From Rhynchobatus australiae (taxonomy: Eukaryota), in assembly GCA_034780895.1 (NCBI GenBank), contig JAUZTB010000048.1, forward strand, positions 24,717,063-24,780,255: 63,193 nucleotides of DNA. Reading direction: 5' to 3'. Shown in pieces: positions 1 to 11,284 of the stretch (within the stretch, counting starts at the first letter, position 1; each line of letters starts with the position of its first letter). Under the pieces are notes generated by a model that did no database searches, was not told the origin of the DNA, and saw only the letters and a program-made list of their open reading frames with translations. The position numbers and the translations under genes are program-made.

Positions 1-466
1 TCCTTCGTACCAAATCAATGCAAAGACCATTTACCACAATCCTCTGCTGCAGCTTCCTGAGATTACTAATTGTTTTGCACTTTTACTGGTTTTTGTCTGT
101 GACCTTTATTTTCTCCCTTTGTCTCTGTGGACCCTTTGATTCTCCGTCCGTATGTCTGTCTTCCTGTCTCTCTCTTGTGTTCCCTGTTTGTGTGTGCACC
201 AGGACAATTGAACAAATGAAGTTTCTCTGTTTTCTGATGTAAGTACTCGGGATCTGCTTTGCACGATAAGTGTCTGCTCCTTTCTCTGTGCTCGCTCATT
301 GCATGCTCTGTACAGTTCCTTGGTTACCATATGTTCATTGGCAATGATGGTAAAACTGCAGTGCCCCTAAAACGTCAGAAAACACAAATGCGGACAGTGC
401 GGTTGCGAAGTAAAGTTTCCGCGGTCTTCTGTCATAGATGTGCTTTGGTATTTGCATGCTTAAGCA

Positions 467-977
467 GGTCGCTTTGGAGGCGGTGCAGAGGAGGTTCACC
501 AGGTTGATTCCGGAGATGAGAGGGTTAGCCTATGAGGAGAGATTGAGTCACCTGGGGCTATACTCACTGGAGTTCAGAAGAATGAGAGGGGATCTGATAA
601 AAACATATAAAATTATGAAAGGGTTAGATAAGATAGAGGCAGGAAAGTTGTTTCCACTGGTAGGTGAGACTAGAACCAGGGGACATGGCCTCAAGATTCA
701 GGGGAATAGATTTAGGACGGAGATGAGGAGAAACAGCTTTTTCCAGAGAGCAGTGAAACTGTGGAGTTCTCTGCCCAGGGAAGCAGTAGAAGCTACCTCA
801 TTAAATGTGTTTAGGTAGATTTTTGCACAGTAGGAGAATTAATTGTTATGGGGAAAAGGCAGGTAGGTGGATCTGAGTCCACGGCCAGATCAGCCATGAT
901 CTTATTGAATGGCGGAGCAGGTTCGACGGGCCAGATGGCCAACTCCTGCTCCTATTTCTTATGTTCTTACGTTCTAA
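467..977 (+). mobile_element. CR1-clade (HER1-like) LINE, 3' end of ORF2 plus 3' UTR, relatively well preserved
   Basis: ORF 438..818 reads ALEAVQRRFTRLIPEMRGLAYEERLSHLGLYSLEFRRMRGDLIKTYKIMKGLD...RTRGH...FFQRAVKLW, the typical CR1 ORF2 C-terminus. It ends in the tail ctcctgctcctatttcttatgttcttacgttct. Confidence 0.92.
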
Positions 978-1112
978 ATCCTGGAACTTTCTACCAAACA
1001 ACACCATCAGCGTACTTTCACCGATAGACTGCAGTAGTTCAAGAAGGTGGCACACCACTACCAAGAGTGTTTAGCAATGGTCAAAAGTGCTGGCCTTGCC
1101 AGCAATGCCCAG
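978..1112 (+). mobile_element. Old LINE 3' tail fragment (chondrichthyan family ending ...tgctggccttgccagc)
   Basis: ctgcagtagttcaagaaggtggcacaccac...tgctggccttgccagcaatgccca. The same tail recurs at ~9315-9400 and ~36600-36710. Confidence 0.6.
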
Positions 1113-1468
1113 ACACTGTAGCTAAATATTTGGGAAACCTGACAAAATATAAAAATCAATGAAGTTAATTAAGTTGTAATCTATGTGAAGAAATGTTCCT
1201 TTTCAAGTTTAAATACTCTCTATAACCAAACAGATACTGGATATTCCAAAAAGAAATAATTCTAGGGAAATATTATGAACTGTCCAAAAGGGGAAAGCTA
1301 CTCATACATACAGAAAAGTCAATGTGACGTATTTTTGATCCACCAAGCTGCGAGGTAAAAGTCCTTTCTATTCACACCAAGATGTACCCAAGCACACAAA
1401 TTTCATTATCTGCTTTCTGCACAGAATTTCAGCAGAGTAGGAATTTTTCAAGGGTTTAATACACTCAC

Positions 1469-1597
1469 TGTTCTTCACTGAAAATTGAACTAATTAGTTT
1501 AGGGTGCATGGCCTTGTAAGGAATAAACTGGGCGCAGAAGGAATAATCACAATATAAGGGGTTTGTGTCAATCAATGAGTATTGGGATGATATTTTT
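1469..1597 (-). CDS. Candidate additional (cassette) exon of the peroxidasin-family gene, inside Ig1; alternatively a 9-nt microexon 1477-1469
   Basis: Minus strand: acceptor cccttatttttataatag| then 129 nt then CA|gtgagt. It is phase 2-2 and open in the frame set by exon 5306-5189: (K)KISSQYSLIDTNPLYCDYSFCAQFIPYKAMHPKLISSIFSEE. There is no homology support from the canonical protein. Confidence 0.45.
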
Positions 1598-1984
1598 CTA
1601 TTATAAAAATAAGGGTTTGAAGAAATCTGGGCAGTTTTTGGAATGGATCTGCACACTGTTTCGATCAATCTGTCCAGACATGGGTCAACACAAGATTGAG
1701 TTGTGTCCAGAACTGGAGTTAGAGCTAATTACATGCAAATTGATGTTACGTTAGTTAAGAGTCTAAAGCTGTGTAAGATCGTTGGAGTACAAAAGCTGCA
1801 GCAGTGCATGACACTTTATAACATTTTAAAAATCATATTGTATTACTCTTTAGTGCTTTCTTGTTATATCTCTCATAGTATAATTTGTAGTATTTTATAA
1901 TACAGCAGCAATAGTGTTAATTAGTTTCAATAAACTTTTAAAGAGTTCTGAGTTGTGCTGCACTACGAGTTTTGGCAAGTTTTA

Positions 1985-2385
1985 CCACGCTCAGAGGGGT
2001 TCAAGGCCAGACACAGATAAACAGGTATCAAGGAGTACTACCCACAAGATTATCCCAAGATTACCAGGTGGACAGAGGAAATGTAACAAGGACATTCTCA
2101 AAGCTACTTTGTAACATCTACACCAACTCAAGAGAATCCTTCACCCGTGGTCACTTCACTCAAAATGGAGCAGGAGCATTTGCAGATGGCATTTAGAATC
2201 TTGAGTCCATCTGTCAGCAACACACAATGCACAGTGTAAACAGAAGAAGGAGTGTACCACCTCCCAAACTACTGACCAGCCCACCACACCTGGCACCTCC
2301 TGTCTCACAGTGGCCTGATCAGCCACTTCAGAACCCATAGAACTGGGGTGGAAGGAAGACATCCTTGATGCTAAAGGACTGACTA
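1985..2385 (+). mobile_element. RTE-clade LINE 3' remnant
   Basis: Translates to RLPGGQRKCNKDILKATL, resembling the RTE/BovB-type C-terminal GGQxKRxKDxLK. It is followed by an RTE-like tail (ggaaggaagacatccttgatgctaaaggactg). Confidence 0.7.
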
Positions 2386-4199
2386 AGTAGTAGTCTGTAA
2401 GTCCTTACTGTATTCAAGTTCACTGCTCCAAGTGAAGTGTATTTCAAGAGAGCCTCATTAGTTGTAGCACATTTTGGATTGTTCTGAGGTGCTAGGTNNN
2501 NNNNNNNNNNNNNNNNNNNNNNNNNNNNNNNNNNNNNNNNNNNNNNNNNNNNNNNNNNNNNNNNNNNNNNNNNNNNNNNNNNNNNNNNNNNNNNNNNNNN
2601 NNNNNNNNNNNNNNNNNNNNNNNNNNNNNNNNNNNNNNNNNNNNNNNNNNNNNNNNNNNNNGCAACCATTATCTCTTTTTTTTCTGAAATTTTTTAGCAC
2701 CTTATGTCCCTCAGGATGCCCAGAGCAATTTGTATCTAATTAAAACGTAATAATTAGATTGTTGCTTGGGTAAACATGGAAAACAAAATGCTCACAGCAA
2801 GATCTAACAAATCATTTCACAATTAAACGATGAATTAATCTGCAGTTCTAACTCAAACAGTAACAGACATGTGAGATGTGTGTTTGCTTGCCTTTTTGCA
2901 GTTGTGTAATTTGTAACAATGGAATCATCCAGTCAAATTCTACAAGGCATATAACCTGTTAACAGGAACATGCCAACACGGTATCAATTGGTTGAAGAAC
3001 CTTTTCAATAATATGTACGTATCTAAGGAAGTGATAGCCATATAAAATTATTTATTAAACCAGTTCTTTCAGGAGATCCATGGCAATGGTTAAAACAGCA
3101 TTGTGAACCTCCTTTAATGAAAACAGCTATTTCCTAATGTGAATGAGCCAGAAAATTCTCCAAGTTAACAGCTGCAAAACTTGCTGCAGTAAGAAGCTGT
3201 GCAAATAGCCAGCTGATCCCAGGTATCTCAGCATACTTGAGGTGGACTTTGCTGTGACCACATTAATTCACTTGACCAAGACGTATGCTTCAAAACTAAA
3301 TTCACGTCCATTGTGAAAACCAATCTTTCCCATTTTGGTAACATTGCTTGCTTCCTCTCCTCCCCAACACTTCAACCTTCTCAAAATGAATGCCCGAGTT
3401 TGCATTCTCTGGTATGCTGACTAGAGTTTGCTGTATATGTCAATGGTACAACCTATGCTTTAGAACACATTTGCAAAACCATTGAACCCCACCTTATCTT
3501 ATCCTTAGCCAATCTTTCAGTCAAAATTTTCAGATCCATGTGATATTTATTTATTTATGATTGATACTACCCATTCCCTCATCTCATAGATAATATTTTG
3601 CTGATTTAGTACAGCTACCATGCCTCTTGCATCAATGAAATATGCTGTTTTCCCAAAAGAAGGACTTAGACCTTGCAATTTTAGTAGGTTTAATGCACCT
3701 GATGAAATCTTTCAAATTACAGTGAAAAGAGCTTTGTCTCTGTAGTTCAGGAAGAAATTAGTCCCATTGAGATCAAGATGAAAGACCAATAACTAAGTAG
3801 AAATGATAACATTAAGTAACTATTCATCCAATACATGAGTCTAAAAGCAGCTTTACCATCTTTTAATTGTGTTAATACAGTAGTGAGAATCATCCTAATG
3901 CTTTTTTTGAAAGTCCCATAAATATCGGGATCTTCTATTGTGAGATTCACAGAACAACGCGGATGACTTTCGATGTATGACACCATACTTTGTCATTTCA
4001 GCTCAGCATTCTCCATTGCCCTGTTGCAAGTTATTACAGCTGCCAGAGTTTGGCCTATCAGCTGTGATCAAGGCTCAAAGCTCTTAAATGGCCCTATCAA
4101 AATACAAGCAACACTCTTCCAGCTATAGAGAAGTGTTGCTCCTGAATGAATGGTTGCTGCAATGATGGAAAGTATGTGAGAGAGTTGTCCCCAGTAGTT

Positions 4200-4555
4200 A
4201 CTGTCTTCACTTGAACAGACTAGTGAGGAACAGTACCTTTGGGAGGCATGCTCTTTGTGCAGCAGGTGCACAGAGATTGGCCGGGGCTAGGCCTGGCGCT
4301 CCAGGCACAAGTACAATTAAAAAAAAGGAAGATATCTCCTCTGCTTATGTATGGGGTTTGGGTGATCTTCCTAATGCAGGTGTGAGCAGCAAACTGTGAG
4401 ATGTGGCAGAGATCAGCAATGGCAGCCTGGAATGATGCTAAGGCTATGAAATGGAGAGCGAGCATGATTCTGATCTTCATGGGCAAAGCAGTCAAGACAC
4501 ACGAGGTGGAGTTAAGGTCACAGGAAGACACAGGTGTCAGTGAGGACAAAGAATG
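4200..4555 (-). mobile_element. PIF/Harbinger transposase relic
   Basis: ORF 4220..4549 contains IMLALHFIALASFQAAIADLCHISQFAAHTCIRKIT, matching the Harbinger/HARBI1 helix-turn-helix segment (ALxFxAxGSFQxxxxDxxxISQxxxxxxI). Truncated by a gap. Confidence 0.75.
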
Positions 4556-4655
4556 NNNNNNNNNNNNNNNNNNNNNNNNNNNNNNNNNNNNNNNNNNNNN
4601 NNNNNNNNNNNNNNNNNNNNNNNNNNNNNNNNNNNNNNNNNNNNNNNNNNNNNNN

Positions 4656-4780
4656 TGAATGATAGAAAAATAGGGGCTATGTGGGAGGGAAGGGTTAGAT
4701 AGATCTTAGAGCAGGATAAAATGTCGGCACAACATTTTGGGCCAAAGGGCCTGTACTGTGTTGTAGTGTTCTATGTTCCA
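4656..4780 (+). mobile_element. CR1 LINE 3' UTR tail
   Basis: gtcggcacaacattttgggccaaagggcctgtactgtgttgtagtgttctatgttc, the CR1/HE1 shared tail. Confidence 0.75.
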
Positions 4781-5188
4781 AAGACCTGCTGTTCTGTGAG
4801 TAAATAAGAACTATTGTTTTTCAGATGCAAAGTTAAAAATCACACTGGGAGACTAATTTTAGGTGCTGCACTCCTGTGGATGTCATTTGGAGAAAACTTG
4901 CAACTGATGTAAGGAGGTGGGTCAAATGAAAAGTCTGCTGAAGAATTGGGTTCAATTTCCAACAGATCCCAAGACACCCAAAAATGAAGACAAAATTGCT
5001 CTACCCCATAATTAAGCTAATTTTCAAATGAACAATGCCATTTTTTGTTAAATTGCATGGACATATTTCTTAACCATTTTGCAATTACTATAACTTTATG
5101 CATTCTTTCCTGTAGGTAATTTATTATTTTTGCTCAGCATTTGTAATGACTCTACTCTGGTGTCACATTCTCTCCCCCAGGTACTCAC

Positions 5189-5306
5189 TTATTGTGCAAC
5201 CAGATGATGTTGGGTTTAGGGTTGCCTTCTGCCCGGCAGGTGAAGTAAACTGTATTTCCCAGAGTAACGTCTACATCCTGTGGCTCAGAAGTGATACGAG
5301 GCCTCT
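5189..5306 (-). CDS. PXDNL: Peroxidasin-family exon (equivalent to PXDN/PXDNL exon 8), start of Ig domain 1
   Basis: 118 nt, tag| acceptor and |gtgag donor. Reads (E)[38 protein letters not shown], near-identical to vertebrate peroxidasin Ig1. The paralog assignment (PXDNL vs PXDN) is less certain than the family assignment. Confidence 0.95.
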
Positions 5307-7314
5307 CTATAAGGAAGCAAAGGCAGCACTGAGTTCAAATTGCTTTCTTTGAATCAGGAAAAACAACAGGAATGATTGTAAAGATTGAGACTAATTAGGA
5401 CTGTGCTAAGGTTGAGCACATGTGCCTACATGGAAATAACTGGCACTCTATAATCCCTCCTGCCTAAAATAATTAATTTTCCCATATGAACCTGAACCCG
5501 AATCATACATTTTCCTTCATCATATGTATTGTTCTATGGTTCTATGGTAATATCTGACACCGGCAGTACTATCACATGCACTTAAAACCTCTTTAGGCAG
5601 CTTTCAGAGCATCCAATGCTGTCCTCAGTTGAGAACAATCTCACATCAGAGACAGAAGTTGCATTGCCAAGCACATGATTTCAGCATACTATCTAGAATG
5701 AGACCCCAATTTATTGCCCTGTGTGGTATCCTTCAGATAAACCAAATCTTCAAGCCAAATCCCTATCTGGCTATGCCGCCACAAACTTACAATCTGAAAA
5801 CTTCTCTCACCAATATTTAAATGTGGACACACAGAGAGTACCTGAGCTGTGCTTTAAGTCAGGCTGAGTCAGTAGCTGAGTATTACAACTGCGCTCTGGA
5901 TCAGAGACCGTCTTGGGCCCCAAAAAAAACCTCACAGTCTAAAATGTTATAGAATAAGAACACACAACTCAGCAGGTGAGAAATCTACTGATGAAAATAT
6001 GGCAGCATTCCTTTTCTTTCTACAAAGCTCTTCTGCCTCATCCCATTTATTGACAATTTCATTTCTCCAAACTAATCCACACAAAGATGTCACTCTTTTG
6101 TGCTGTAAAGAACACAGTACTGATAGTTGGACCAGCCTTTATCACTCCCTTTTGATGTGCTCTACCCCTCGAACCCTATGTCATATTCTGCTCGTCTTTT
6201 CTCCCTCTTTTATATGCCACAAAAAGACTCACACTTGAATGTCCATTTTATCAATCTAGTCCAAGGTCTCCTGAGATGCCCAGTGGAAATATGAGCTGTC
6301 TCCTACAACAGGTGAAACTGGCAGAATGATATGAAGTGTTCTTTGGTTTGAGACTCAAAGCCAAGTTGCACTTTGAGTCATGCAGCATCTTCCATGCTGC
6401 ATGACTCAAGTGCCCACAATCACCCATAGTCAACGTAATTGATTCAACTAATTATTTTGTGTTTCAAAAATTTCTGGTAATAATTAGGCACTGAGTTTCT
6501 CTTTCAAGCCTTTTGAAAGTTGATGGCCTTTCCAGTTCTATCATTGTATCTGCCACCATCTATCCTGAAGGAAGTCTTAAGCAGGTCAAATAAATCTGCT
6601 GTCACTCTCTGAACATATTCCATTGATGGGAACCCTTTGAATGTTTTAAATCATTTTCCTCCTCAGGCTGAACTTCATGGTCAAAGCTCTATCCATCTGA
6701 TTACAGACTCTAAAATCTAGGAAATATGGTATGATTTCTCTTTTAAAATTCAATTTATTTACCTATAAAAACAACAGACTAAAGCTTGTCCTTTCAAACT
6801 CTTGAGCTAACTTTGACAGGAAGAATGGAGCCAACTACACAGGAGGGCTTTTGATATATAACAAGCACTAGTACAGCAATCCTACAAGGCTGAACCCAAC
6901 CTCCAAAGATTATGGGGTTGTAGCTTCAGTCTGGAAAAAGCCTCCAGTTCCAGACTCACCTCTATTTCTGGACAATGACAGGGAGATATTTCTACCTTCA
7001 CCATGGCACTTGGAAACATTCTAGCTGCAGCCTACGATTTTGCTGCTGTGCTGTGGGTTGACAAACATTGGGAGCTAAATTGCCTTCACCTCTGTGTGAA
7101 CTTGAGCCTCCTGTTCTGCCCCATCAACACCAGCTCTCACTGCACCCAACCTATTTGTTCGCTGTTGAGGTTTTGAGCTGACTGCCCGATTACTGAGTTC
7201 CTAACCTTATCCAACCATCACATTCCCTCTAAACACCCAAACAACTTATGAAAGTGGGAATGAAAAGTTTACTTTATAAAAGTGAAATAATTGTGACATT
7301 TTAATTCACTTTAC

Positions 7315-7484
7315 CGCAGTTGAACTCTTGCGCTGTTACGGTCGTCACAGAACGTCCCTGAAGCCTACTGGGATGCTCACAGGTGGCAGCTGTCTGGGCA
7401 TTACCATGTTCAGCGTATTTCTTCAGCAGCTCTGCAAGCCACATCAACTCACAATCACAGATCAGTGAATTGGAATCCAAGCGA
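7315..7484 (-). CDS. PXDNL: Peroxidasin-family exon (exon 7 equivalent), last LRR strand plus LRR C-terminal cap
   Basis: 170 nt, cag| and |gtaaag. Reads [56 protein letters not shown], with the four LRRCT cysteines. Confidence 0.96.
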
Positions 7485-8249
7485 CTGCAAAATAAAGTTA
7501 CCACAGAAAAATAAGTGTCTGCAAACTTTGTGATAAAACAGTTCATTGACTACATTCACTTTGGATTAAAATCCAACTTTTATTGAACATTCGAGAAGAT
7601 TCAGCATCTGCGACATGTAAATTGTGCATTAATTCTTCAAATATTAGTCATTACATGTTCACTGTCATATCTTTTAATTTCATTTTCTAATCTACCATAG
7701 CCAGCTCACACCCCATGCCCTGACAGTTTGCTTTATTCATATTTAAACTCTGGCTTCAGATTGAATCAAATCACTTTCTTTTTGACATAAAATTCTATCG
7801 TGTTATGATTGCTGTTCCCTGAAGGTCCTTTAACTATCAGATTCTCAACATTACACAATTCAAATGAATATGTTAGATGATTAACAAAGATCATGTTTAA
7901 CAATACTCTTAGATTTGTGNNNNNNNNNNNNNNNNNNNNNNNNNNNNNNNNNNNNNNNNNNNNNNNNNNNNNNNNNNNNNNNNNNNNNNNNNNNNNNNNN
8001 NNNNNNNNNNNNNNNNNNNCAATACTCTTAGATTTGTGTTGCTTTATGGTCTGAGTCACATTAACAAAATAGGGCTGAATATTTTCCAAAAGGATGGGAA
8101 AACTGATGTCCTATTTAGATTACTGGAGCATTTGATGGTTTTGTTAGCCTATCTAGCTTCAAGCCAGGAGCTACCTTGATTGTAATCCCTATGAGGTCAT
8201 GCTTGACAAGTGGAAAAGAACCACTAAATAAAATCTGTAAACTCAGAAA

Positions 8250-8362
8250 TACTTCAGACCTGCAAAGCAAACAGAGTGTGTTAGAAATACACAGCAAGTT
8301 TGGCAGCTGTGGAGAGAGAATCAGTTAATGTTCTTGATCAGTGAACTTTCATCAGAACTGAA
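8250..8362. mobile_element. Penelope-like element terminal fragment
   Basis: aacagagtgtgttagaaatacacagcaagtttggcagctgtggagagagaatcagttaatgttc...tcatcagaactg, homologous to the copies at 27.2 kb and 38.0 kb. Confidence 0.55.
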
Positions 8363-8612
8363 CCATTGAAAGTGAAGGCCAGCATTTATCACCCATACCA
8401 AATTGCCCTTAAGAAGCGATTCATCTTCTTAAACTGCTGATAATGTGTTCCTTGCACAACTCTTGGCTTCTTTGCAGAAATTTTGGATGTCATCTTGAAT
8501 TGTTATGCGAATTTGAGTCTTTCCATTATATGCAAGGGCATTTTTTTTGTATGGCAAAAGATTATAAATGTTACATCTGGTCCAATAATTCATTTACTGA
8601 AAAATAAATATT

Positions 8613-8900
8613 TGTAGCGATGCACCTACCTGCTCCGAACCGGCTCCCATGGCGGCTTGCATCGACAGAGCTCCCCGGCCCAAGATGGCGCCGGGCCCTA
8701 CGTCTACATGAACATTGATGAAAGCCCGCGCGCGGCAAAGATCAGCTGACCGGCATGACATCAGCAAAGCGACGAGAGCGCGGGATTTCAAACTGCTTAT
8801 AAGCGCCGGTAGGAAGAGATTCAGGGGTTTCTGGCTCAACAACCTTCCACTATATACGTGAGTCTCGTTTACCCGTAGCTAGCCGCTACAGTTGGTGACC
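8613..8900 (+). mobile_element. 5' LTR of a Gypsy-type LTR retrotransposon with primer-binding site
   Basis: 278-bp CpG-rich segment bounded by perfect 7-bp inverted termini TGTAGCG...CGCTACA (8613-8890). It is immediately followed by gt-TGGTGACC (tRNA-complementary PBS start) and then an assembly gap. Confidence 0.85.
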
Positions 8901-10224
8901 NNNNNNNNNNNNNNNNNNNNNNNNNNNNNNNNNNNNNNNNNNNNNNNNNNNNNNNNNNNNNNNNNNNNNNNNNNNNNNNNNNNNNNNNNNNNNNNNNNNN
9001 GGCACCTGTATGGTGACAGCAATTCCTGTTTTTTTTTGTTGTCTCAGTGAAACATTACCTTTTCCTAACCTTCTGCAGAAACATTCCCCAGATGAAATAT
9101 TCATTTTGGTTGATTACTAATGTAGGAATAAGATGGAATAAGTTGCTGTGGAAAAAAAATACTTCTGTTATTGAAACCACAATTCCAGACTAAATGTTAA
9201 GATTCACATTTCAGCAAATGAATTGTTTGTCTAGGAGATGTAATGTTTCTAATCTTTAGTCATACAAATTAAATACCCATGCAATATAACGGATAGACAC
9301 AAATTCACAGTAAGAGTTCAAGTTGGCAGCACACCACCACTTTCTTAAGGACAATTAAGGATCAGTAATAAATGCTGATCTTGCCAGAGACAACATCCTG
9401 TAAACAAATTTTAAAAAATGCAGAGCCAATACGTCAAATGCTCCATTTAATAGAATAATAAATGGAAGTACAATAATAGAAAGTAAGTTGACTAAGCTTT
9501 GTAATTCTTCATGATAGATTGAGAACAGTAAGTCTTTTCACAAACAGATGAGTTGTGATCATTAACCAGCATGACTGTGCAGAATTCACAAGCCCTGTCG
9601 GAGACAGATAACAGCTCGATTCCCAAAGAGGTTTAGTTGAAAAATATCATATGGTCTTATCACCAAATCTAAATGTGCTGCTAAAAGCAGATAAGTGAGT
9701 TCATTTTTGAAGCAGATAATGAATATATTAGTACCAATTAGGTTAGCTAAGAATAGTGTTTTTTTAATGATTAATCAAAGGAAATGGCGATGTTTCTGTT
9801 CCCATTAAAAGGTTTCTATTCCATTTATGCTTTCAAATTATAGTGCCACAGTGTTGGTCTTGGATGATCCTGACAGGCTGCTTACTCATGTAAACTTAAT
9901 GTTTTGGTGAGACTAGCCAGAGGGAATACCCGAAACGAGGGCAGACTTGTAAACCCAGGTAAAACTGTGTCTATAGGTCAGACTCTGATGCACAGAAATT
10001 GGAATTAGCAGTACAACATATCCAGATTAAAAGAAAAATATGAAAGCCCTTTAAGTGACTGGCTGGAGTGTCAAGTGCTTTTCCAAATTTCAGTGAAAAG
10101 AAATGTAGATATTCTGCTACCATCAGTCCGGTACCAGGAATTCCAATGGATCTTGGTGCTCTCAGGATGGGGATTAGAAGCTCAATGTTTGGCTGTTGAG
10201 ACTAACTTGAAATCAAAGAGCTTT

Positions 10225-10520
10225 TCATGGCCTCAGGTCATATCAAAGCACTTTGCAGCTAATGGCATACATCTGAGGTATACAAAATGAGGCAACCGAT
10301 GTACAAGCTCCCATAAACAGCAATGGGACAATCGTGTGATGTTGATCAAGGGTCAAACATTGAGCAGGGATCATGGATAATCTATTCTGCATTTCTTTGA
10401 AATAATGCTGTGAATTCTTTTATGTCCACCTGAGTAAGCAGGCTAGGTCACCTCCAGCAAGGTACCACTGTCCCAGAATAGCGATGGTGTGTCAGCCTAG
10501 ATTCTTGTGGTCAAATCTCT
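10225..10520 (-). mobile_element. Deu-domain SINE (SacSINE1/AmnSINE1-like), decayed
   Basis: caaagcactttgcagctaatg...ctcccataaacagcaatg...ttctttgaaataatgctgtgaattcttttatgtccacctgag...gtgtcagcctagatt. Homologous to 11285-11579. Confidence 0.65.
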
Positions 10521-10544
10521 TATGAAGTCATTTTCAAAAGCAGC

Positions 10545-10755
10545 TCAGAGATACAGGAGACTGCAGTTGCTGAAATCTGAAGCAACACATAATCTGCCAG
10601 ATGAACTCAGTGGGTTGAGCAGCATTTGTTGGGGGCAAGGGAATTATCGACATATTCGGGTTGAAAGTTTGCATCAAGACTGAGAGTGGAGAGGGAAGAG
10701 AGCCAGCACAAAAAGGAGCGGGAGGTGTGGTGTGACAGCAACCAAGAGGTGATTG
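10545..10755 (-). mobile_element. Penelope-like element terminus
   Basis: ggagactgcagttgctgaaatctgaagcaacacataatctgccagatgaactcagtgggttgagcagcatttgt...; reverse-orientation homolog of 52795-52926. Confidence 0.7.
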
Positions 10756-11069
10756 NNNNNNNNNNNNNNNNNNNNNNNNNNNNNNNNNNNNNNNNNNNNN
10801 NNNNNNNNNNNNNNNNNNNNNNNNNNNNNNNNNNNNNNNNNNNNNNNNNNNNNNNNNNNNNNNNNNNNNNNNNNNNNGCCAGGTGGGGGGAGGGGAGGGA
10901 CTTCACCTTCAATCAATTTGCACACGTTTCTCTGCAGCCACCTCTAGCCTGTGAGTTGGGCTCCAGTGCAAGCAGCACAAATCTTGTAGTGCTTCATCTT
11001 GGGAACATAGCAGCCAGTGCAAGCACACTCATAAGTTCAAGATAATATCAGCAGGCAATTTGTACTTAC

Positions 11070-11141
11070 AGTCTTTTCAATGATTCAAGCTGATAGAAGG
11101 TCCCTGGATGTATTCTTGATAGTCTATTGTTATGCAAGAAT
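11070..11141 (-). CDS. PXDNL: Peroxidasin-family LRR exon (exon 6 equivalent)
   Basis: 72 nt, phase 2-2, tag| and |gtaagt. Reads FLHNNRLSRIHPGTFYQLESLKRL. Confidence 0.96.
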
Positions 11142-11284
11142 CTAAAAAATGAAAAAGAACAACTAGTTTACATATTTAGTTAAATTCATGACATTGAAAA
11201 GATAAAAGGTAGCTACATCTTGTTCAGAAGGATTAAAAATTCAGTGTGACCTACAGAGTTAAGTGTTCTGGTTTTATTCTCGAA

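Noticed and set aside
438-818. 126-aa ORF as a host gene
   Set aside because: It is the C-terminus of CR1 ORF2 in a 5'-truncated copy.
4220-4549. Domesticated HARBI1-like gene
   Set aside because: Short, degenerate, lacks the catalytic DDE region and splice context; consistent with a decayed Harbinger copy.
7901-8038. Identical direct repeats flanking 100-N gaps (also ~41163-41355, ~56495-56648, ~59568-59776, ~61107-61263)
   Set aside because: The same sequence on both sides of a fixed 100-N spacer is the signature of unmerged overlapping contig ends. These are assembly artefacts, not TSDs, tandem repeats or CRISPR-like arrays.
8620-8890. CpG island promoter of a host gene (also 33.4-33.75 kb)
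   Set aside because: CpG richness is bounded exactly by LTR termini with PBS or PPT, and is explained by young retrotransposons.
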